Positions 58,156 to 64,000 of a stretch of DNA of 64,000 nt are shown piece by piece. The position numbers were made by a program, and so were the translations under genes. Each line of letters starts with the position of its first letter. Positions within the stretch are counted from its first letter, which is position 1. The stretch is taken from positions 1,432 through 65,431 of the forward strand of contig CAZHNW010000007.1 of the NCBI GenBank assembly GCA_964534225.1, read 5' to 3'. Source of the DNA: an uncultured Leptospirales bacterium. GTDB lineage: Bacteria > Spirochaetota > UBA4802 > UBA5550. The notes under the pieces were generated by a model that was given only the letters and a program-made list of their open reading frames with translations, searched no databases and had not been told where the DNA came from.

Positions 58156-58935
58156 ATGAAAAAAGAGACACATATACATTTTAACAAGGTCAATAAATCC
58201 TTTTCGGGTACAAGTGTGTTAAAGGATTTTTCCATTGATATTGCCCCTTACGAGGTTGTTTCAATAATCGGTCCCAGTGGATCAGGGAAGTCAACACTGC
58301 TGCGAATTCTCATGACGCTTGAGAATATCGACAGCGGCTATGTCGAGATCAGGGGTATGCCTGTATGGCATGAGAAAAAGAACGGCAGCCTTGTCGAGGC
58401 CAGTGAGAAACACCTGAGAGAAGTTCGTAAAAAAGTCGGCATGGTCTTTCAGCATTTTAATCTTTTTCCTCATATGACTGTACTGCGGAATATTACCGAG
58501 GCGCCGGTGCATGTCCTGGGTCTGTCAAAGACAGAGGCAAATGAACGGGCCATGGAACTGCTCAGGCAGGTGGGACTCTCGGGAAAGGCCCATGCCTTCC
58601 CGGCGCAGCTTTCAGGGGGGCAGAAGCAGCGTGTCGGTATTGCCCGGGCACTGGCGATGCAGCCTGAAGTGCTGCTTCTCGATGAGATAACTTCCGCCCT
58701 TGACCCTGAACTGGTGGGGGAGGTTCTTGATGTCATACGCACCCTTGCACAGGAACACAGGTATACAATGCTTATTGTGACGCACGAGATGTATTTTGCC
58801 CAGGAGGTTTCAGACAGGGTAATATTTATTGATAACGGGAAAGTCGTCGAAACGGCAAAGCCTGAAAAAATGTTTACCAGCCCCGCGAAGAAAAGAACCC
58901 GTGATTTTTTGCAGTCGTATCTTCAGCAGTTTTGA
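58156..58935 (+). CDS. amino-acid ABC transporter ATP-binding protein
   Basis: Walker A GPSGSGKST, signature LSGGQKQRV, Walker B LLLDEITSALD, H-loop. Confidence 0.9.
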   Translation: MKKETHIHFNKVNKSFSGTSVLKDFSIDIAPYEVVSIIGPSGSGKSTLLRILMTLENIDSGYVEIRGMPVWHEKKNGSLVEASEKHLREVRKKVGMVFQHFNLFPHMTVLRNITEAPVHVLGLSKTEANERAMELLRQVGLSGKAHAFPAQLSGGQKQRVGIARALAMQPEVLLLDEITSALDPELVGEVLDVIRTLAQEHRYTMLIVTHEMYFAQEVSDRVIFIDNGKVVETAKPEKMFTSPAKKRTRDFLQSYLQQF

Positions 58936-58951
58936 ATTCGGGAATTAACGC

Positions 58952-58982
58952 AAAAAGGGGCACCCTTCTGGATACCCCTTTT
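58952..58982. terminator. hairpin AAAAGGGG-(14 nt)-CCCCTTTT between convergent ABC ATPase and argG; candidate bidirectional terminator
   Basis: A-run/T-run flanked GGGG/CCCC stem. Confidence 0.5.
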
Positions 58983-59006
58983 CATTATCTTCATTGAATT
59001 GTTTTT

Positions 59007-60206
59007 CTACTTGTTGCGCAGGAGCGCCTCCACCCGTGAGGGGAGACCGAATATGCGCAGAAAGCCTGAGGCGTCTTTCTGGTCGTAGAGCTCTGAAGCA
59101 TCAAAGGTTGCAATGTCAGGCTCGTAGAGGGTCTCCGGTGATTTTCTTCCCACCACGATGGCATTGCCCTTGTAGAGTTTTACCCTCACGGTTCCGGTAA
59201 CAGATTTTTGTGTTTCGTCGATGAATGCATCAAGGGCTTCACGTTTTTTGGTGAACCAGAGGCCGTTGTATACCAGGGTGGCATATTCTCCCGCAAGGCT
59301 GTCTTTCAGGTGCTGTGTGTCCCGGTCCAGGGTTATCGACTCGAGGTCACGGTGGGCGGCGAGGAGGACGGTGCCGGCAGGTGTCTCGTAGACACCGCGG
59401 GACTTGATGCCCACCAGCCTGTTTTCAACGATGTCGATACGTCCTACACCGTTGTCACCGGCGAGTTTATTCAGCTTTTTCATCAGGGGCACGGGGCCGA
59501 GTTTCTCGCCGTCGATGGCAACGGGTATCCCCTGCTCGAAATCGATTTCAATATAGGTGGGGGTGTCCGGTGCCTCCTCGGGGCTTTTGGTGAGAATGAA
59601 CATGCTGTCATCAGGTTCGCGGTAGGGATCTTCAAGGATGCCCCCTTCGTAACTGATGTGGAGAATGTTTCGGTCCATACTGTAGGGCTTGTCCTTGCTG
59701 ATGGGAAGGGGAATGCCATGCTTTTCAGCATAGTCAAATAGTTTTGACCGTGAGTTCAGGTCCCATATGCGCCATGGGGCAATAATGTTGATCTGAGGGG
59801 CAAGTGCCATAAAGCCCATTTCGAAACGGACCTGATCGTTCCCCTTTCCTGTGGCGCCGTGACAGACCGAGTCAGCCCCTTCTTTCAGGACGATTTCTAT
59901 CTGCCTTTTAGCGATAATGGGGCGTGCCAGGGAGGTGCCCAGGAGGTACCGGTCTTCGTAGATGGCGTTTGCCTTGACAGCCTGGAATACATAGTCACGT
60001 ACGAATTCTTCTGTCAGGTCTTCGATATAACATTTACTGGCGCCCGTGTTAATGGCTTTTTCCTCAAGGCCATCGAGTTCCTCTTCCTGCCCGACATCAG
60101 CGGCGTAGCAGACGACTTCACAATCATAGGTATCGAGAAGCCATTTTACGATTATGGAGGTATCAAGTCCTCCTGAATAGGCTAAGACTACTTTTTTAAC
60201 ATCCAT
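59007..60206 (-). CDS. argG: argininosuccinate synthase
   Basis: [11 protein letters not shown]-loop, conserved ArgG core. Confidence 0.95.
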   Translation of the reverse strand: MDVKKVVLAYSGGLDTSIIVKWLLDTYDCEVVCYAADVGQEEELDGLEEKAINTGASKCYIEDLTEEFVRDYVFQAVKANAIYEDRYLLGTSLARPIIAKRQIEIVLKEGADSVCHGATGKGNDQVRFEMGFMALAPQINIIAPWRIWDLNSRSKLFDYAEKHGIPLPISKDKPYSMDRNILHISYEGGILEDPYREPDDSMFILTKSPEEAPDTPTYIEIDFEQGIPVAIDGEKLGPVPLMKKLNKLAGDNGVGRIDIVENRLVGIKSRGVYETPAGTVLLAAHRDLESITLDRDTQHLKDSLAGEYATLVYNGLWFTKKREALDAFIDETQKSVTGTVRVKLYKGNAIVVGRKSPETLYEPDIATFDASELYDQKDASGFLRIFGLPSRVEALLRNK

Positions 60207-60310
60207 TGTTTACCTCGTAGTGTGTCACATAGTATCAGGCCCCCATGGGACCTCGGGTTCGCCAAATTTAGTTCACCAAGTATACCCTGTATACCGGTTC
60301 CATTCAAGTT

Positions 60311-61258
60311 CTATTTCATAAGGGCGCACATGACGGCTTTCTGGACATGCAGCCTGTTTTCAGCCTGGTCAAAGATAATTGACTGTGGAGAATCGATAAC
60401 ATCTGCATCGACCTCTTCCCCCCGGTGGGCGGGAAGACAGTGCATCACCATGCAGCCAGGCTGGCATTTATCAAGTATCTTTTTGGTTATCCTGTATTTT
60501 GCAAAGGCCTTTTTGCGGCGTACCATCTCTTTTTCCTGGCCCATGCTGGTCCAGACATCGGTGTAAATGAAGTTACTTCCCGTTACCGCTTCATCGATAT
60601 CGGCGGTAATGGTAATGGTTGCTCCGGAGCGTGAAGACAGGCGGTATGCTTCTTCAACAATCGATATATGGGGCTGATATTTTTTCGGTGAAGCAATGGC
60701 AATATCGACACCGAGAATTGCCGCGGTGAGCATCAGGGAATTGGCCACGTTGTTGCCATCGCCAATATATGCAAGCCTGTTGCCTTGAAGAGTACCGCTT
60801 TTTTCAAAGATGGTAAAAAAATCGGTCAGGGCCTGGCATGGATGATACATGTCTGTCAAACCGTTGATTACGGGAATCGCGGCCTCTTCGGCGAGACTGA
60901 TGACCTTTTGGTGATCGTCGGTTCTGATCATGATACCGTCAACATAGCGGGAGAGGACATTTGCCGTATCTGAGAATGTCTCACCCCGTCCGAGCTGTAT
61001 ATCATTGGTGCTGAGGAAAAGGGCCTGTCCCCCCAGCTGGTAGGTGCCGGCTTCAAAGGAGACACGTGTCCTTGTTGAACTCTTTTCAAAGATCATGGCA
61101 AGGGATTTTTTGCGCAGTATGCGGTGCCTTTTGCCTTTCTGGCGGTCACGCTTCAGTTTCGCTGTAAGATTAAAAATGCTGACAATCTCATCCTGGGTCA
61201 GGTCAGTGACAGTCAGAAGGTCTTTTGTTTTTAATTCAGGTATTTTCATTTTATTCAC
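60311..61258 (-). CDS. argF: ornithine carbamoyltransferase
   Basis: STRTR carbamoyl-phosphate motif, SMG ornithine motif (DVWTSMG), HCLP. Confidence 0.9.
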   Translation of the reverse strand: MNKMKIPELKTKDLLTVTDLTQDEIVSIFNLTAKLKRDRQKGKRHRILRKKSLAMIFEKSSTRTRVSFEAGTYQLGGQALFLSTNDIQLGRGETFSDTANVLSRYVDGIMIRTDDHQKVISLAEEAAIPVINGLTDMYHPCQALTDFFTIFEKSGTLQGNRLAYIGDGNNVANSLMLTAAILGVDIAIASPKKYQPHISIVEEAYRLSSRSGATITITADIDEAVTGSNFIYTDVWTSMGQEKEMVRRKKAFAKYRITKKILDKCQPGCMVMHCLPAHRGEEVDADVIDSPQSIIFDQAENRLHVQKAVMCALMK

Positions 61259-62462
61259 CTGCCTGTAAAATAATCTCTTCGAGTATGTTCATACCTTTTT
61301 TGACAAGGGACGCAGGAATCGTCAGGGGAGGCATGATCCTGATAATATTACCCGCGGTACAGTTGATAACAAGGCCTGCTTTGAGGGCTTCTTTTACCAG
61401 TGCCGGTCCGTCTCCGGTTACTTCGAACCCGATATGGAGTCCCATGCCCCTTACTTCCCTGATGATACTTTTATTATTTTTCAGGTTTTCCAGGCGATCC
61501 ATGATCAGCCGGGAATTTTTTTCTATATTCGCGTAAAGGGATTTCTTTTTCAGTTCCCTGAGAACCACTACTGCCGCAGCACAGGCAAGATGATTACCTC
61601 CAAAGGTGGAGCCATGAGATCCTGCGGGCAAATGTTCCAGGAGAAAATTTTTCGCGTGCATCGCCCCGATGGGGATGCCTCCTCCCAGGCCCTTTGCGAT
61701 GGTGATGATGTCAGGGGAAATGCCGTATTGTTGAAAGGCGAAGGCAGAGCCGGTTCTGCCGATACCTGTCTGCACTTCGTCAACAATGACGAGGATGTCC
61801 CTTTTTCTGCATATATCAAAGATGCTTTTTACAAATTTTTTATCAGCAAGAACGATTCCACCTTCTCCCTGGATCAGTTCGAGAATAACAGCGGCGGTTT
61901 TTTTGGTTTTTTTCAGCTCTTTTTTAAAGGCTTCGATATCGTTAAAGGGAAGATATTTAAAACCGCGCGGAAGGGGACCAAACCCCCCGTGGATTTTATT
62001 CTGTGCCGTAGCGCTCATGCTTCCCATTGTGCGGCCGTGGAAACCGTTCCTGAAGCTGATGACCTGGTAGCGGTCTTTATCTATGCTGAGACCATACCTG
62101 CGTGCCAGCTTAATGGCAGCCTCATTTGCCTCGGTCCCGCTGTTGCAGAAGAGGGTTTTCCCCGGAAAGGCGACGTCTGAGATCAATGATGCCGCCTCGA
62201 TCTGTTCATGGTTGTGGTAGTGATTCGACGTGTGAATAATGGTATCTACCTGGCGGTGCAGGGCCTTTGACAGGGCGGCATGGCCGTAACCGAGATTGCA
62301 CACGGCAATACCGGAGAAGAAGTCGATATACTCGCGGTTATCCTGGTCATAGAGGCGAGAGCCTTCACCACGCACAAAACAGACTTCCTGCCTGGTACCA
62401 TAGTTCTGGAAAAGGTACTCACTGTCAGAGGAAATGATTTTTTTCAGTTTTGCCGTTGTCAT
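61251..62462 (-). CDS. argD: acetylornithine aminotransferase (class III PLP aminotransferase; assignment by operon context)
   Basis: class-III AT motifs, PLP lysine context (IITIAKGLGGG); overlaps argF start by 8 nt. Confidence 0.75.
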   Translation of the reverse strand: MTTAKLKKIISSDSEYLFQNYGTRQEVCFVRGEGSRLYDQDNREYIDFFSGIAVCNLGYGHAALSKALHRQVDTIIHTSNHYHNHEQIEAASLISDVAFPGKTLFCNSGTEANEAAIKLARRYGLSIDKDRYQVISFRNGFHGRTMGSMSATAQNKIHGGFGPLPRGFKYLPFNDIEAFKKELKKTKKTAAVILELIQGEGGIVLADKKFVKSIFDICRKRDILVIVDEVQTGIGRTGSAFAFQQYGISPDIITIAKGLGGGIPIGAMHAKNFLLEHLPAGSHGSTFGGNHLACAAAVVVLRELKKKSLYANIEKNSRLIMDRLENLKNNKSIIREVRGMGLHIGFEVTGDGPALVKEALKAGLVINCTAGNIIRIMPPLTIPASLVKKGMNILEEIILQAGE

Positions 62463-62486
62463 TGCTTTTCACCTCAAAAAAAATAA

Positions 62487-62510
62487 AAAATCGGGGCGTC
62501 ACCCGATTTT
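62487..62510. terminator. hairpin AAAATCGGG-gcgtca-CCCGATTTT with A-run upstream and T-run downstream; terminates minus-strand gene 62553..62963 ahead of arg operon
   Basis: read from sequence. Confidence 0.6.
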
Positions 62511-62552
62511 CTTTCAGTAATTCAGAGTATATAAAATTGTCAAGAATTTATT

Positions 62553-62963
62553 TCAGATGTTATGTTCACATATCTTTCGGTAGACCAGGTCTCTCAGATC
62601 CGGTTCCATGTCGCTGCTTGCTTCGAGAAATTTTTTGCCCACACTCTCCCTGTCAAAAGGACCATCGGCGACGAGTATTGGTGACTTTTTATGTTCTCCC
62701 GGAACCTCGCCTTCATCAATTTCATCGTGACTGTATCCCTTCGATTTGATCCAGGTGAGTACCTTTTCGTGGCGAAATTTGTCATAGCAGAGCTGGAACC
62801 CTTTCAGGGCATGATCATTATCATACCAGATGATAAGATCGAAGTAATCGTCGAAAAACCAGCGGCGAAATCCCTCTCCGGGTATCTGCCTGACATTTTT
62901 TTCTTCAATAAGCATCTGCTGCCTCGTCAGGTTTTTGGCACTGTCCGGGGCCGCAGGCCCCAC
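62553..62963 (-). CDS. hypothetical protein
   Basis: ORF only. Confidence 0.4.
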   Translation of the reverse strand: MGPAAPDSAKNLTRQQMLIEEKNVRQIPGEGFRRWFFDDYFDLIIWYDNDHALKGFQLCYDKFRHEKVLTWIKSKGYSHDEIDEGEVPGEHKKSPILVADGPFDRESVGKKFLEASSDMEPDLRDLVYRKICEHNI

Positions 62964-63057
62964 GGGTGATGCCGGTTTCTATGAGTATATCTTTAAAGTG
63001 GCCCAGGTCAAGTCAATATTGAGTTGTTAAAATAACTTCTTTCCTTTTCAATATTTG

Positions 63058-63086
63058 TTGACAGTAAATGATACTCAAACTAAAAT
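63058..63086 (+). promoter_or_regulatory. strong sigma70-type promoter TTGACA-17-TAAAAT for small Lys-rich protein gene
   Basis: 6/6 and 5/6 hexamer matches, 17-nt spacer. Confidence 0.6.
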
Positions 63087-63115
63087 ATTGATTATTAAAT
63101 TCATGGAGAAATGTC

Positions 63116-63415
63116 ATGTTAAAACGAATTGTCATGATTGTTTGTGCATTTTTTCTCGCCCTTTCCCTTTCGCTGCCAGAACAGGCGGAGAGCGCAGGAT
63201 GCCGGGGACTGAGCAGAGGTAAATGTAAGGCGCGTTCCGGATGTGTCTGGGTCAAGTCCTATAAGCGTAAAGGGGGAATCACTGTTAAAGCCCACTGCCG
63301 TTCCAAGACAAAGAAATATTCGAAAAAGGGAAAAAAGAAAAAAATTGAAAAGAGACATGCTTCAAAAAAGAAGAAAAGAAAATACAAAAAAAGAAAAAAG
63401 AGAAGAACTCGATAA
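63116..63415 (+). CDS. small secreted protein: signal peptide, 4-Cys core, extremely Lys/Arg-rich C-terminal tail
   Basis: MLKRIVMIVCAFFLALSLSLPEQAESA signal; C..C..C..C; KKGKKKKIEKRHASKKKKRKYKKRKKRRTR tail; GGAG RBS. Confidence 0.6.
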   Translation: MLKRIVMIVCAFFLALSLSLPEQAESAGCRGLSRGKCKARSGCVWVKSYKRKGGITVKAHCRSKTKKYSKKGKKKKIEKRHASKKKKRKYKKRKKRRTR

Positions 63416-63416
63416 T

Positions 63417-63444
63417 TAAAAAAGGGGCCTCAGGCCCCTTTTTT
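63417..63444. terminator. intrinsic terminator AAAAAA-GGGGCC-tca-GGCCCC-TTTTTT (bidirectional form)
   Basis: perfect 6-bp GC stem with A/T runs immediately after stop. Confidence 0.85.
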
Positions 63445-63469
63445 AATAACAGCATAACGGCAAAGATAA

Positions 63470-63682
63470 TTATTCCTCTATCTCCGCAGCGGTGACAATG
63501 GCCTGTGCCCAGCGAACATATTTCAGTTGTGCAAGGTCGCGTACAGTTTTGACGTTGAAGGCTTCGAGGAGAAGTTTCGCGTCATTCTCACTGACGCCCT
63601 GGAGAGCGTCAACCGGTGAATCAGCAATTTCTGCCAGTGATTTTGTTTCGTATGCCTTATCAACACCCTTGTTAATATTCAT
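63470..63682 (-). CDS. small hypothetical protein (70 aa), possibly helix-hairpin-helix-like
   Basis: GGAGG RBS 6 nt upstream on minus strand; LQGVSENDAKLLLEAFNVKTVRDLA resembles HhH motif. Confidence 0.45.
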   Translation of the reverse strand: MNINKGVDKAYETKSLAEIADSPVDALQGVSENDAKLLLEAFNVKTVRDLAQLKYVRWAQAIVTAAEIEE

Positions 63683-64000
63683 GGAGGACCTCCGGAAAAT
63701 TTATTTTTGCATTTCCCTGCCCGGCAGGGGCTTTTGCCATGTACTTCGTCTGATTGTTTCGTCTAACAGTGGTTCAGGCTGTTTGATTTTTATATAAATT
63801 ACACGTGAACAACCTTATGTCAAGTATGATTTTCAGCCCTGTTATTCGCCATAAACAGGCAGGGGGATATTCTGTATGTTTCAGTGGTCTTTCCCGGAGC
63901 CGATAGATCAGAAGTGAAACTGTGCCGAACCGAAAACAGAAACCATGTCCATGGCAACCTTATCGTAAAAGATGTGTCGGTAACCTGAACCCGCACTCAA

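Noticed and set aside
61434-62180. 248-aa plus-strand ORF
   Set aside because: Lies inside argD on the opposite strand; argD frame has class-III aminotransferase motifs.

Overview
This 64-kb window is chromosomal DNA from a diderm (Gram-negative) bacterium whose lineage I cannot place from sequence alone. The gene content is reminiscent of Leptospiraceae-type spirochaetes or deltaproteobacteria: ExbB/ExbD, BamA-Skp, YajC-SecDF, three STAS proteins plus a HAMP-PP2C phosphatase, and PEGA/PQQ/BNR/LysM envelope proteins.

Layout, left to right:
- 1-6.4 kb: a strikingly AT-rich chemotaxis operon (mcp with an apparent frameshift, cheR, cheB, cheW, a STAS protein, cheA).
- 6.4-11 kb: a compositional junction at about 6.5 kb, then a small TM ORF, an M15 peptidase, a B12-binding radical-SAM/TPR enzyme, a Cys-rich protein and an alpha/beta hydrolase.
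- 11-15 kb: housekeeping genes gap-tpiA-secG-ferredoxin-metK (no pgk).
- 15-28 kb: an envelope-biogenesis block (secreted protein, exbB-exbD, bamA, skp-like, L,D-transpeptidase, yajC, a Lys/Pro-rich insert, secD-secF) followed by ribD-ribE.
- 28-31 kb, minus strand: an orphan STAS, a Gfo/Idh/MocA oxidoreductase and glnA.
- 31-45 kb: an accessory-looking stretch of secreted/hypothetical proteins. These are tail-anchored proteins, a PDZ lipoprotein, a FecR-PEGA-PQQ lipoprotein, a two-gene module ending in a large LysM protein, a cation/proton antiporter-EIIA(Ntr) fusion, a 25-bp perfect palindrome and a BNR-repeat protein.
- 45-49 kb: a secreted TPR protein, a HAMP-PP2C phosphatase and a STAS (a partner-switching module).
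- 49-52.5 kb, minus strand: an operon of an ACAD-like protein, a MoxR AAA+ ATPase and a VWA(CoxE-like) protein.
- 52.5-59 kb: a structured leader, a CocE/NonD S15 hydrolase and a polar amino-acid ABC transporter.
- 59-62.5 kb, minus strand: argD-argF-argG.
- 62.5-64 kb: a hypothetical gene and a small, strongly expressed-looking, secreted Lys/Arg-rich mini-protein.

I found no tRNA, rRNA, CRISPR array, transposase or integrase. The candidates most likely to be uncharacterised systems are the MoxR-VWA-ACAD-like operon, the small-cytoplasmic-protein plus giant bitopic LysM protein module, the FecR-PEGA-PQQ lipoprotein, and the large palindrome/structured leader elements.
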